NCBI GenBank assembly: GCA_963770245.1
Contig: CAVYOX010000005.1
Coordinates: 169 to 64,168, forward strand
Reading direction: 5' to 3'
Length of the DNA stretch: 64,000 bases
Source of the DNA: an uncultured Acidobacteriaceae bacterium
Lineage (GTDB): Bacteria > Acidobacteriota > Terriglobia > Terriglobales > Acidobacteriaceae
In this document: positions 10,421-20,660 of the stretch, piece by piece
How the letters are laid out: every line of letters begins with the position of its first letter
Position numbering within the stretch: the first letter of the stretch is position 1
Made by a program: the position numbers and the translations under genes
The notes under the pieces: model-generated
Databases searched by the model: none
Told to the model about the DNA's origin: nothing
What the model saw: the letters and a program-made list of their open reading frames with translations, nothing else

Positions 10421-11737
10421 CTATAGAGACTGCAAGAACTCGAGGATGGCTTCTTGCTGCTCCGTCTTGAGCTTTTCAAATTGCTGGCTGGCATGGCTGG
10501 CCTCGTGGCCGTGCCGCAGGATGGCGTCGCGCAAGGTCAGAGATTCGCCGTCGTGCATCAACCGCGGACGCAAGCGGACTCCCCATAAGGGCGCGGTGCG
10601 TATTTTATTGCGACTGCCCTCGAAGTCCTGTTTCGAAAGATATCCCGACATGACCTGAAAGACTTTGTTCCCGTAGTGCTCCCGGGTGGCCTGCAGAATT
10701 CCGTCGCCCGTCCCAACGTCATGCATCAAGAAATCCCCATAGGGATGAAATGAGATGGACCCGAGCGCGACCGGAATCGTAAAGGTTCCGCCGTTGATCT
10801 TGGTTCCGGGGGGAGCAGTGGTCAAGGTCTCGACATGGCAAGTCGCACATCCGATCTTTTGAAACAAACCTTCGCCCTTCTGGGCAACCGGGCTGCTCGC
10901 CAGCTGGGCGTCACGCGCAGGCGCTTTCGTGGCGCGAATAAACCGGGCGAAGTGATCGATATCGGACAGGCCATCGGGGCCGGGTGTGTCATTGGGCTCT
11001 GAAGCCGTATTGCAAAGTTTGGTCACCTCATCCGGTTGAAGGCGGTTTGTGATGCCCATCTCGTTCAGGTAAGCGTCGCCGGCGAAGGAAAGCAGGCTCG
11101 CGTGCTGGTCCTTCCAACCGAACCTTCCTACGCTCATCTGTCCGGGGGCTTCTACGATCGGAACCTCGAGCACCTGTCCGCAGATTTTTCGATGTGACGC
11201 TTTGCATTGTTGCTCAGCGAGATCGATGAGGGTCTGATCGGAAAGCGCCTCGACGAAGCCATCCCCCAACAAGTTCAGGGACAGGCGAAATGTGCGGATC
11301 GTCTCGGTCTGGGGAACTCGCTCTTGAATTTCCTTGTCGGGAAAAGCTGCGTTCGGACAAATGGCGCGATCATTCACCAGCGAGCGGCCAGAAATCACTT
11401 CGGTTCCGTGGGCGATCGGGATTTCCGGGTTGCGGAAGTGTCCCTCCGGCCCCTGATGGCCGACCCGCAATTCCGAGACCTGGGAAGCTGCTCCAGAAAC
11501 CGGACTCTGATGGCATTCGCGGCAGGACTGCGCGTTGTAAAGGGGTCCGAGCCCATCGCTCAGCTGCTCGACTTCTTCGAATTTGGTCTGATCCGCTTGA
11601 TGCGTCGCATCATCGGTGACGCCGTTGCTTCGGTTGTCAAAACCGGCAGGCGCTTCGGTGAAACGGGAGGCCGAGGAGACGAGGATAAGACCGCTGAGGA
11701 TAAGACTGAAGACGGCCAAAGGGATCAACAATCGCAT
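10421..11737 (-). CDS. di-haem oxidoreductase, DUF1111 family
   Basis: Two CxxCH motifs (SCRECHQ, GCATCHV). C-terminal APLWGVRLRPRLMHDGESLTLRDAILRHGHEA...ILEFLQSL is typical of DUF1111. Signal peptide is present. Confidence 0.85.
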   Translation of the reverse strand: MRLLIPLAVFSLILSGLILVSSASRFTEAPAGFDNRSNGVTDDATHQADQTKFEEVEQLSDGLGPLYNAQSCRECHQSPVSGAASQVSELRVGHQGPEGHFRNPEIPIAHGTEVISGRSLVNDRAICPNAAFPDKEIQERVPQTETIRTFRLSLNLLGDGFVEALSDQTLIDLAEQQCKASHRKICGQVLEVPIVEAPGQMSVGRFGWKDQHASLLSFAGDAYLNEMGITNRLQPDEVTKLCNTASEPNDTPGPDGLSDIDHFARFIRATKAPARDAQLASSPVAQKGEGLFQKIGCATCHVETLTTAPPGTKINGGTFTIPVALGSISFHPYGDFLMHDVGTGDGILQATREHYGNKVFQVMSGYLSKQDFEGSRNKIRTAPLWGVRLRPRLMHDGESLTLRDAILRHGHEASHASQQFEKLKTEQQEAILEFLQSL

Positions 11738-11913
11738 GGCTCATTCCCCCTTTTCCAGAATGGTCTCGCGACAGGCGCTGGGATCCGGAATATATGTCCG
11801 CTTGGCGGCCGCATCGATGGTGTGTCCGTCAATGGGACCCTTACTCGAATCATCAATACCACCTTTGCCGGCTGCTGTCCAAGAAAGAAACACCGCCATG
11901 ATCGATTAAGTTT

Positions 11914-12139
11914 TTATGACTCATGGAGATCATCTCGGCCAATGCGAATAACACCCCCCCAGTGGAAGCCTTGGTCGAGCAAAGTCGTCGCCTGCTGCTC
12001 GGCTCGTTCGTAGGCTTCTTCTTCCCCCACAAGGATCTCCCGGACGCGCCAGCAGGCCGCTCGTGGAAGTTGGACGCCGAGCAGCAACGATCCTGGCTTT
12101 TTGAATGATTTTTCGATCGAGACTAATCGTCACAAACAC
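11914..12139 (-). pseudogene. ribbon-helix-helix antitoxin-like gene, frameshifted near 12044-12050
   Basis: (GTG)FVTISLDRKIIQKARIVAARRPTSTSGLLA lies in one frame. It continues as VREILVGEEEAYERAEQQATTLLDQGFHWGGVIRIGRDDLHES* in another frame. Confidence 0.4.
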
Positions 12140-12388
12140 GTGCTGCTCGGATGGTCGCCTGAAATATCTGTCTCGGTACTCGCCTGCTTCTAGTTCGACT
12201 TCCCGCAGACCACCAACCAGGGCTCTGGGGCGACTGGCGGTCGCATCGTCCGCGGCCCATCATCCCACTGGTTGGGGATGAGAGCATGGAATGGCTCGCG
12301 GGTCAGGGAGGCATATTTTAGATTGCCGCGAAGTCCCGGAGCTATTCTGGGGACCTGTCGCATCCAATCTCTGGCTCTCCGAGTACGG

Positions 12389-13636
12389 TTAGAGACTGCT
12401 CGGAAAGCTCGCTAGATAGGTGGCGATGAACTCGTCTTCTTTCGCAAACGGCTGGTTGAACCGGATGAAGATGACCCGGTTGTTGCTCAACCAGAATGCG
12501 CCGGAGTACTGTGCACCACGATGGCGCTTGATCTTTTGACCGGGAGCGAACTGTACCTCGCTATCGGTTCCCGGACCTTGGTCCGCGAATACTCCCGGAA
12601 GCGCGGCCAGCCGCTCGCGGGCACGCTCCAGATCGGGAAATTCCTCGATGGACGCGTCCATGTAGGCCGGCGTGTCCCCTTGACGCAAGTAGGTACCCGA
12701 ATAGGCGCGACGCCCCGTGCCTCTTGAGCCGTCGTCATACATCGCTGACGAGATGCGCGGTACGCCCGCGACGACATCTGGAAACAGGTCGTCCGGTCGC
12801 CGTTCGGGCACTCCGGCAGTCAGAAAGTAATCTCCCCGGGACGCGCGGGCGGTCTGGAGCGTCGCAAACTCAGCCAATTTCCCCCGGCACCAGGCGGAGA
12901 AGAATGCATGGTCCACTTCTCCGCAAAGGGTCGCGGCGCGTGCCCGACTTTCCGAGTCTTGGTTTTCCCGCAGCGACAGGGCCGCCGCGTAGGTATTCAA
13001 CTGACGGCAGTCCTCGGACAGCGAGGGATCGTGGATCTGTTTGCAGTCGTTGACATTCTGCAAGATCGGAATGAGCGCAATGCGCTGGCCCAGGGGAAAG
13101 CCCATCGCCCGACGGATCGCGGACCAGTGAAAGGCAGACCGGTCAGGGTCGCCCCGCCAGAGCGCGACAGGAAAATACTTTGGTCTCCCGTTCGCGTCGG
13201 GGCCCAGATAGACTGGCCACTGTTCGGTCTTATCGAGTTCCGACTGTCCGATATCGGCTCCGCACCGCGACCCAATCCCCTCATTGGGGTCGAGCACGCG
13301 GATCCAATACCCCTCCCGTTTTCGCAACAATCCCATGACGTGGACCGAGGACCGGAAGAAGAACTGGCCGGAGTCGTTGGTCCGCGACATCTCGCTCCGC
13401 AGTACGTCGCGCCCTCTCAAGCCCTTGCCATCCACTTCGAGACAAGCGTTGATTCCTGAGATTGGTTTGCCGGTGACTGCATCCACCACCTTGGCGGAGA
13501 CTGGTGATACTACGTAAAGGAAAGCGCTCACGTAGAGTGCGGCCAGCAGGAGGATCAGGACCAGCAGCGCCAGACCGACGTAGCTCAACCAGCGCCGTCT
13601 GCTCCTGGAACCGGTGGCCTGGGCTGGGGGAACCAT
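12389..13636 (-). CDS. membrane-anchored hypothetical protein
   Basis: Start chosen at MVPPAQATGSRSRRRWLSYVGLALLVLILLLAALYV (a TM helix). The upstream part of ORF 12389..14047 is Arg/Pro-rich, looks non-coding, and overlaps the neighbouring gene. Confidence 0.5.
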   Translation of the reverse strand: MVPPAQATGSRSRRRWLSYVGLALLVLILLLAALYVSAFLYVVSPVSAKVVDAVTGKPISGINACLEVDGKGLRGRDVLRSEMSRTNDSGQFFFRSSVHVMGLLRKREGYWIRVLDPNEGIGSRCGADIGQSELDKTEQWPVYLGPDANGRPKYFPVALWRGDPDRSAFHWSAIRRAMGFPLGQRIALIPILQNVNDCKQIHDPSLSEDCRQLNTYAAALSLRENQDSESRARAATLCGEVDHAFFSAWCRGKLAEFATLQTARASRGDYFLTAGVPERRPDDLFPDVVAGVPRISSAMYDDGSRGTGRRAYSGTYLRQGDTPAYMDASIEEFPDLERARERLAALPGVFADQGPGTDSEVQFAPGQKIKRHRGAQYSGAFWLSNNRVIFIRFNQPFAKEDEFIATYLASFPSSL

Positions 13637-13844
13637 GAGTTCACTAGACGCCTTCAGTTTGTGGCGGGTCAAGGTTACCACCGGTTCCGTGTTTGGTCGG
13701 GAACGTAGTTCGCGGGCATGGTTTATCAGACCGTCGCTCGGTCGGCCGGTGGGCGATCGCCGTAAACGAGCGATCGAAAGGACCGCCGGAGCGAGCGCGA
13801 CGGCGCAGTTCTTCCGCGAGGCGGCCAGGGTTTCCAGGCTGCTG

Positions 13845-14588
13845 TTATTGGGAGGGAGCTTGTGACTGGGGAGGTGTTTGCCCGGGATCCTGATGGCCGG
13901 CTTTCCATTGCTCGCGCGGCAACCCGTGCAACATTTGCTGCGGGGTCCTGACGGGGGATTGGTTACCCGGGTCCTCGGCGGGCTGGCTGGCCTGATCGCT
14001 GGTTTGTACCTCAGAATCGTTCTCGTTCGCTTGGTCATTCGCCGCATCCGGAGACTCCGGTGCAGAGAATCCGCTGGACTGGGGCAAATTGACTGGCAGC
14101 GGCGAAGCTGTTTCAGCAGCAGAGGGCGCTTTGGGAGTGAGGATGACCCGGTCCAATGCGGCGGGGTCGGCGGCCGAGCCCAGTAGCACGTAGTTGAAAT
14201 GCGACCCGTTCAATAATTCCGCCAGCACCTCGCGCGCCGGGCCTGGGCCGAAGTGGCTCACCACCCGTTCGGTAGCACTCGAAGGCACATCGACCGACGC
14301 GTGGGTCTGAGCACGCACCGCCCGCAGAATATCGGCCAGCGTGGAATTTTGCGCCACAATCGTCAGTTGCCCTTCCCGATAGGAGACTTCCGGGGGCATG
14401 GCCGGCATCCCTTCGAGCGTCAGTGGAACCAGAGGTTGGGGCGGAGGCTGAGGCACCACGGGCTCCTGCTTTACGGGCTGCTTTTGCGCGGGATGACGTT
14501 CGGTTCCAAAGGCGGGCTTCGCAGCCACCAGGCAGACCGAGGCGGCGGTCAGCAGGGCGAAAACGAATTGCGCACGCGCACCTGACAT
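13845..14588 (-). CDS. secreted hypothetical protein with Pro-rich linker and acidic low-complexity tail
   Basis: Start at MSGARAQFVFALLTAASVCLVAAKPAFG (signal peptide). Contains GQLTIVAQNSTLADILRAVRAQTHASVDVP. Confidence 0.5.
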   Translation of the reverse strand: MSGARAQFVFALLTAASVCLVAAKPAFGTERHPAQKQPVKQEPVVPQPPPQPLVPLTLEGMPAMPPEVSYREGQLTIVAQNSTLADILRAVRAQTHASVDVPSSATERVVSHFGPGPAREVLAELLNGSHFNYVLLGSAADPAALDRVILTPKAPSAAETASPLPVNLPQSSGFSAPESPDAANDQANENDSEVQTSDQASQPAEDPGNQSPVRTPQQMLHGLPREQWKAGHQDPGQTPPQSQAPSQ

Positions 14589-15204
14589 CAGATCGTCCTC
14601 GCCCGCGCCCGGTCTGAGTGAAGAAACGGGCGGGCTCAGCTGCAGCATCAAAATTGTAGCACCAGTATGCCCTGCGGACGCCGCGCGATGCTTTGGGGTT
14701 CCATTTGGTCCATCAGAAACCCGCCATGCCCTCTCGTCGGTAACGGACCCGGAAGGGACGAGGTCGATAGTGTCGGTTTGCTCGATCGCTCCGTACACCC
14801 GACCAACGGTGGATTCTCAATCCGAATGCCCACGATCCCTGGCCGAGGGCCCCGCCTTTACCGGCGGAAGCGCCCTCGTAAGATCGCGGGCTCGCGAAAC
14901 TGCCGCCCAAAAATTAAGAAGCGCCCCAGACTCCGAAGAGTCACGGGACGCCCGAACAGCCCTCCCCCAGAACTGCTCAAGCCGAAGATACGTCTTTCTC
15001 TTGGCCCTGTACATTGCACATTCGTGCCAGCCCATGGCGCGGAATGCCGATCGGCCCAGCCGGGTGCACGGACGCCCCAGGTTGAATGTTTTCATCGCCT
15101 TGTGCACAGTCACCCGTCCCGCAGATTACTCTCGTAATCACCCTCAAGGGATTCGCGTTGACCGAGGCCATCCATGCTCCTTAGATTTTGCAGTGGGGGA
15201 TTCT

Positions 15205-15489
15205 ATGCAAGATGTTGGCCAGGTCTTACGGCGCAAGCGAGCCCAGCAAGCGCAACTCGCGAAAGAAATTGAATTGCTGCAAACGGTCGAGGAAAAGCTG
15301 CGCGAAGTAGCGCCCCTGCTGGCCGATTGCGAGGATGAGAACGCCGTCCTCGCCGAAGTCGACGAGGAAATCGGACAGTCTGCCAGCCCGGCCTCAAAAT
15401 CCGCGGCGGCGTCTGCCGCAGGCCAGTCGACCCAGGCCCAGTCCGAATCCGGCCAAGCAACGCGCCCCCTCGCCCTGCGGTGGCCCTAA
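15205..15489 (+). CDS. small hypothetical coiled-coil protein
   Basis: ATG at 15205 follows a ggggga RBS-like run. It lies 38 nt upstream of the REC-PilZ gene on the same strand. Confidence 0.35.
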   Translation: MQDVGQVLRRKRAQQAQLAKEIELLQTVEEKLREVAPLLADCEDENAVLAEVDEEIGQSASPASKSAAASAAGQSTQAQSESGQATRPLALRWP

Positions 15490-15527
15490 ACCGCAACGTG
15501 CTGCACTTGTGGTGAAGTAAGCAAACC

Positions 15528-16658
15528 ATGACTTTTCAAGCACTCCTGGTTTCCACCGACGACGAAGTAGCGGCCGTTCTTGAACCGGTCCTGTCCGGTT
15601 TTGGCCTAAGCCTGCGCGCGTGCGGACACCTCGAGGCCATCCGGGAACTCACAGACCAGCGATTCGATGCGGTCGTCGTCGACTTCGACGACCTGGCGGG
15701 CGCTATGTCGCTGCTGCAAAATCCCTGCCTAACACCGCGGCGCGACGGCACGGTCACCGTCGCCCTGCTGCGGGACCCGAGCAAAGTGCGCACCGCTTTC
15801 GGTGCGGGCGCGCATTTCATTCTTTATAAGCCGATTTCTGCCGAACAGGCTCAAGCCAGCCTGCGCGCCGCCACCGTTCTGATTAAGCGTGAGCGCCGGC
15901 GCTCCCTGCGCGTCCCTCTGCAAGTTCCGGCACAACTTCGTGTAGAGAACGGCCCGGCCATGGAGGGCTTCTTGCTCGACCTGAGCGAGGACGGCGCCGA
16001 CGTGCTCTCGTCCCAGCCGCTCTCGCTTTCCGCCTCTCTCAATCTGCAATTCAGCTTGCCCGATGGCGCCCCGATCGAGGTCAGCGGCGAAGTGGCATGG
16101 GCGAATCCAAACGGACAGTCCGGCGTGCGCTTCGTTGGCCTCTTGCAAAGTCTGCGCACTTCGTTGCGGGACTGGGTACTGATCAATGCCAGGAAATTTC
16201 ATGCAGCGGAGCCCGAGTCGGCGGCGCCCTCGAAACTCACCGACCTCAGCAATGGCGGATGCTACGTGCAGACGGAATCGCCTTTTCCCGAACGAACCGG
16301 AGTCGTGCTCCGCCTGAAGGCAGCGGGCGTCGAAGTGCAGGCCCAAGGCATGGTGCGGGTCATGCACCCGGGGTTGGGGATGGGCATCGAGTTCGCTTCC
16401 CGCACCGCCCAGGAGCGCGAGGAGGTCACCGACTTCATCAAGTTCCTCATCAGCTTTCCCGGAACCTCACCCGAACTAGAGATCACTCCCTGGGTCCTGG
16501 CGGCTGGCATCGATCCCGCCGCCTCCGCGTCTTCTGCGGCCGAGGAACTCGACGATCCGCTGCTCGATCTGTTACGCAACCACGAGTCGCTCAGCCAAGA
16601 GCAATTTCAGCAAGAACTGCAAAAGCAGCGCGGCCTGGCGGCAGTCTCCGTTTCCTAG
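15528..16658 (+). CDS. response-regulator receiver domain fused to PilZ domains
   Basis: REC features are LLVSTDDE, AVVVDFDD and ILYKP. The canonical PilZ motif is RRRSLR ... DLSEDG. A second, degenerate PilZ-like segment is present (DLSNGGCYV). Confidence 0.7.
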   Translation: MTFQALLVSTDDEVAAVLEPVLSGFGLSLRACGHLEAIRELTDQRFDAVVVDFDDLAGAMSLLQNPCLTPRRDGTVTVALLRDPSKVRTAFGAGAHFILYKPISAEQAQASLRAATVLIKRERRRSLRVPLQVPAQLRVENGPAMEGFLLDLSEDGADVLSSQPLSLSASLNLQFSLPDGAPIEVSGEVAWANPNGQSGVRFVGLLQSLRTSLRDWVLINARKFHAAEPESAAPSKLTDLSNGGCYVQTESPFPERTGVVLRLKAAGVEVQAQGMVRVMHPGLGMGIEFASRTAQEREEVTDFIKFLISFPGTSPELEITPWVLAAGIDPAASASSAAEELDDPLLDLLRNHESLSQEQFQQELQKQRGLAAVSVS

Positions 16659-16854
16659 CAACCCCGCCTCGAAAACCTTCCGCGAAGACCCCTCTAAAGA
16701 GAAGAAAGGAAAGCCCGAGGGCTGGCCTTCGAACGAAGGCGCGGGGTTATTTACCCCGGTAGTCCGAAACCTCGAGCCCCAACCAACGAAGAGATTGCCG
16801 GCGCCTGAGTTCCGCCAAGCTTCGTAGAAGGGTTTCCGCTTGGGCGCGGGCGGG

Positions 16855-17763
16855 TCAGCGATCCTGCTGCCGCCACTTGTGGAGGAATTGCAGCAAGTCG
16901 TCGGGCGCGAGCGCGCGGGCGTTTTCAAATTCACCGGTTCTCTGACTGAACAGCAGCGTCCCCTGGGCATCGAGCACCGCCAGCGCCGGGATGCCCCGCT
17001 TCATGGGCACCTGGTACTGCTGCATGAGATCCTGATTCTTGTCGCCTCGGCCGACATCCACATGCACGACTTGGTAGTCACGCTGCAAAATAGGCGCCAG
17101 GTCGGGGCGATGAAATGCCATATCCAGAACGTGGCAGTCATAGCACCAGTTGGCCCCGAAAACCACCAGCACTCGCTGATGGCCCTTGGCCGCAAGCTTG
17201 AGCGCGTGTTGAATCTCAGCCCGGGCATCGACCCCGGGCTCGTAGATCTCGTTGTCGAGAGATGCGGGCTGCTGCAAACGGGCGGCATCGGTCCGCTTCG
17301 AAGCCACCAGTCGCCACTCGCCGCCTTGCTGCTGCCACATCTGTCCCTCGGTGATATACAGCGTGTGTTTTACCGAGGGGGCTCCCGAATGAATTTCCGC
17401 CTGGAACACGATCTGTTCGACGCCGGGCTTCGATCGATCCGTCTGCAGGATGTTTAGGCCCAGCCGGCTCACCTTGAGCCCAGTCCAAAACGCCACGTCG
17501 TCATCGGCGCTGATCTTTCCGGAAGGAACGACGATTTGAGCCGCGGGATCGTTGCTGTACAGACCGCGCACGGCGGCAGCATCCCCTTCGAGGATGGCAC
17601 TCTTCCATTGCTCTAACGGCCGAAACACGGTCCTGCCCGCGGCAGCCGACTGGGCTTGTGGGGCAAATCCTTGTTGGGCAAAACTAAGAGGAATCGTGTT
17701 CGCCACCACCAACCACGCTAACGCCCAGATTGCCGTCCGGATCGGGTAAACCCTCATATCCAT
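16855..17763 (-). CDS. exported thioredoxin-fold protein
   Basis: Start MDMRVYPIRTAIWALAWLVVANT (gaggag RBS). C-terminal LVVFGANWCYDCHVLD carries a CxxC motif in a thioredoxin-like context. Confidence 0.7.
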   Translation of the reverse strand: MDMRVYPIRTAIWALAWLVVANTIPLSFAQQGFAPQAQSAAAGRTVFRPLEQWKSAILEGDAAAVRGLYSNDPAAQIVVPSGKISADDDVAFWTGLKVSRLGLNILQTDRSKPGVEQIVFQAEIHSGAPSVKHTLYITEGQMWQQQGGEWRLVASKRTDAARLQQPASLDNEIYEPGVDARAEIQHALKLAAKGHQRVLVVFGANWCYDCHVLDMAFHRPDLAPILQRDYQVVHVDVGRGDKNQDLMQQYQVPMKRGIPALAVLDAQGTLLFSQRTGEFENARALAPDDLLQFLHKWRQQDR

Positions 17764-18062
17764 CTCCTCGGTTCGACTGGTCCGACTGCTTGCCTCAAGG
17801 ACCGCCGGGCTCAGCGGAATCAACCTGCTGCCCCCATCGGAATCTGCGTCTCGAAGTATACCGTGCCGGCCGAGGGTGTTCCCGGTACCCGGGTTCTGCG
17901 GTATCCTCGTGTACCAAGCCACCGCCCATCCCGGCGAGTTTCGCCCGATCGGAGACCGGAGACCTGAAAGCCGACCTGACGGAAACTGAAACCGCGACCC
18001 GCCCCGCCGCAATCGTCGACGCCGATACCGCCCCCTGTTCTCTTTTTCCCCTGCCCCTTCTG

Positions 18063-19661
18063 GTGATCCTAGCCACCGCCTGCGCCGTGGTTGTGCCCTT
18101 CCTCGTTTTTGGGATTCCATCCGGCCACGACTTCGAGTTTCACATGAACTCCTGGATGGAAGTGCTGAGCCAGTGGAGGCAAGGGGTCCTCTATCCCCGC
18201 TGGGCGGCTCTGGCGCACTATGGATACGGAGAACCTCGCTTCGTATTTTATCCCCCCGCCTCGTGGATCCTCGGCGCGGCGCTCGGCGCGGTGTTGCCTT
18301 GGCCGGTGGCGCCGGCGATCTATCAATGGCTGGCGCTCTCGCTCTCGGGCTGCTCCATGTTTCTGCTGGCGCGGCGCTGGCTCGGCCGCCACGACGCTAT
18401 CTTTGCCGCGGCACTCTACGCCGCAAATCCTTACTACTTAGTGATCGTGTATTGGCGAAGCGCCTACGCCGAGCTGCTGGCCGGAGCTCTGCTGCCTCTC
18501 GTCTTGCTCCTCGTGCTGCGGTTGGAGGAGGAGGGGCGCAAATGGATTGTTCCGCTCGGCCTGATTGTGGCCCTGGGATGGCTGACCAACGCCCCCTCGT
18601 CCGTGATGATCAACTATTCTTTGGGGTTGTTGCTGATTCTGCTGGCGATTCGACGGCGCTCCCCGCAAGTGCTGTTCGAGGGCGGCCTGGCCATTCTGCT
18701 GGGCGCGGCCTTGGCCGCGTTTTACCTTGTGCCCGCGACCTACGAACAGCGCTGGGTCGACATCTCCCAAGTGGTGGCCGAGGGTGTCCGTCCGCAGGAC
18801 AATTTCCTGTTCACCCGGATCGACGACCCCCGTCACAACCAATTTAATCTGCTGATTTCTGTTTTGGCGCTGGCCGAGATGGCTGGTCTCGCGGTGGCGG
18901 CGATCTCCCACCGCCGCTGGCGCCGCGAGATACCGCAGGCATCCTGGCTCCTGGCCGCATGGGCCGCCGTATCCGCGGTTTTGCTGTTTTCTGTTACTTC
19001 GCCAGTGTGGAATCATTTTCCCAAGCTTCGCTTCGTGCAGCTTCCCTGGCGCTGGCTGTTATGTTTCAACGTGGCTTTCGCTTTGCTGGTCACGACCGCT
19101 TGGCGGCGATGGTTCGCTCGCTTGCTGCTGTACGCCGTCATGCTGGCGGTGCTGGCCTTTGCCGGGCATCGTTTCCAGATGCCGTGGTGGGATCACACCC
19201 CCGAGATCGCTAAGCTCGAGCAAAGCATCTGGGACTCGGGCGGCTATGAAGGCACCGATGAATATATTCCCGTCGACGCCGACGGCTACGAGATCAGCCA
19301 CGAGGCGCGCCGTGTCACCTTCAAGGGCCAGGGTGCGGATCAGATTCATGTGCTCGAGTGGGGTCCTGAGTCGAAATTGTTTACCGCCCAGGTCAGCAGT
19401 TCCGGACAACTGGTGCTGCGTTTGTTTAACTATCCGGCATGGCGGGTCGAAGTGAATGGCCGCGTGGTCACAGCCGCAAGCCTTGACTTGACCGGCCAGA
19501 TGACGATTCCCGTCAAGGCTGGTGAAAACCAGGTGAGAGTCACATTTTCCCGCACTCGGGACCGGACGATCGGGGGGACGGTGTCCGGCGTGAGCGCGCT
19601 TTTGATCGTCGGTCTCGCAGCATTTCGGCGGAAGCAGCGGCCTCTTCCGAAATCGGCTTGA
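18063..19661 (+). CDS. large polytopic membrane protein (COG5617/PTPS-related or glycosyltransferase-39-like)
   Basis: GIPSGHDFEFHMNSWMEVLSQWRQGVLYPRWAALAHYGYGEPRFVFYPP is followed by many TM helices. The GTG at 18063 is a guess. The upstream part of ORF 17730.. looks non-coding. Confidence 0.55.
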   Translation: MILATACAVVVPFLVFGIPSGHDFEFHMNSWMEVLSQWRQGVLYPRWAALAHYGYGEPRFVFYPPASWILGAALGAVLPWPVAPAIYQWLALSLSGCSMFLLARRWLGRHDAIFAAALYAANPYYLVIVYWRSAYAELLAGALLPLVLLLVLRLEEEGRKWIVPLGLIVALGWLTNAPSSVMINYSLGLLLILLAIRRRSPQVLFEGGLAILLGAALAAFYLVPATYEQRWVDISQVVAEGVRPQDNFLFTRIDDPRHNQFNLLISVLALAEMAGLAVAAISHRRWRREIPQASWLLAAWAAVSAVLLFSVTSPVWNHFPKLRFVQLPWRWLLCFNVAFALLVTTAWRRWFARLLLYAVMLAVLAFAGHRFQMPWWDHTPEIAKLEQSIWDSGGYEGTDEYIPVDADGYEISHEARRVTFKGQGADQIHVLEWGPESKLFTAQVSSSGQLVLRLFNYPAWRVEVNGRVVTAASLDLTGQMTIPVKAGENQVRVTFSRTRDRTIGGTVSGVSALLIVGLAAFRRKQRPLPKSA

Positions 19662-19681
19662 GGGAAGGGCGCCGGCCCACC

Positions 19682-20305
19682 ATGAAGCGGATTCTGATCG
19701 CCACATCGAACACCGGGAAGCTGGTTGACTTCGCCGCCGCCGCTGGACCGCATGGCATCGAAGTTATCCCCCTGCCGAACTTCTCTTCCCTGCCCCCGGT
19801 GGTTGAAGACGGGCTGACCTTCGAGGCCAATGCGAGGAAAAAAGCCGAGGCCTACAGCCACTATGCCCCGGGAGAAATCGTTTTAGCCGATGACTCCGGT
19901 CTCGAAGTGGATGCGCTTGGGGGCGCACCCGGCGTGCATTCCGCACGCTATGCCGCGGACGCTCCCCATCTGGTCGAGAACAACACCGACGACCACGCCA
20001 ACAACGCGCGCCTGCTTCGCGAGCTGCGAAATGTTCCCGCGGAAAGGCGCACCGGGCGATTCGTATGTGTGATCGCCGCTGCGCGCGAGGGGCAGATGCT
20101 CGCGGTGTTTGACGGTCAAGCCGAAGGCGTGATTCTCGGAAGTCCCCAGGGCGCCAACGGCTTCGGCTACGACCCGCTGTTCTACTTCCCGCAAATCCAG
20201 AAAACTTTCGCCGAACTGACCGCCGAAGAAAAGGCCGGGTACAGCCACCGCGGCACCGCGTTCCGCAAGTTTCTGGAGTGGTATGAGGGGCCCGCGAATG
20301 GCTAA
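19682..20305 (+). CDS. rdgB: non-canonical purine NTP pyrophosphatase (RdgB/HAM1)
   Basis: MKRILIATSNTGKLVDF ... FGYDPLFYFPQIQKTFAELTAEEKAGYSHRGTAF. Confidence 0.9.
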   Translation: MKRILIATSNTGKLVDFAAAAGPHGIEVIPLPNFSSLPPVVEDGLTFEANARKKAEAYSHYAPGEIVLADDSGLEVDALGGAPGVHSARYAADAPHLVENNTDDHANNARLLRELRNVPAERRTGRFVCVIAAAREGQMLAVFDGQAEGVILGSPQGANGFGYDPLFYFPQIQKTFAELTAEEKAGYSHRGTAFRKFLEWYEGPANG

Positions 20306-20552
20306 GGCAGGCTGCTTTCTCCAAAACCATGGCGGGCATCAGATGGGAGCAAATTCGGGACGATGACCGGCGTTGTCTCGGTTGTATGCCACCGCCGTCA
20401 ACCTGAACCTCCTGCCGACCCGCCTTCAACCCCCGTTGCCGCAGATTAGCAACTGGGCCGATGCATGGAGTCCCGCCGCACGCTCCTGCGATGGGCTTGC
20501 GCTTCTTCCCGCTAGCGGCGAACGCCGTGGCTCAGAACCTGGCGGCAACTGA

Positions 20553-20586
20553 AAAGGGGCGCGACCGCAGTCGCCGCCCCTTTTCC
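20553..20586. terminator. bidirectional rho-independent terminator between rdgB and pnp
   Basis: aaaaGGGGCGCGACcgcaGTCGCCGCCCCtttt is a GC-rich hairpin flanked by an A-run and a T-run between convergent genes. Confidence 0.6.
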
Positions 20587-20660
20587 TGAGCAGATCGGTT
20601 TTATGCCGATCCATTTTCTGGCCACCTGCGTCCGAATCCGAGCCGCCAATGGTCGGTTTC

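Noticed and set aside
11741-11899. 52-codon ORF as an intact PIN toxin
   Set aside because: It is far too short for a PIN domain, and only the first five residues resemble one.
13637-14047. N-terminal extensions of ORF-track entries (also 17730-18062, 32448-33143, 17764-18120, 58224-58556, 40227-40373)
   Set aside because: The extensions are Arg/Pro/Ser-rich, overlap neighbouring genes, and precede obvious signal peptides or TM starts with better initiation contexts.
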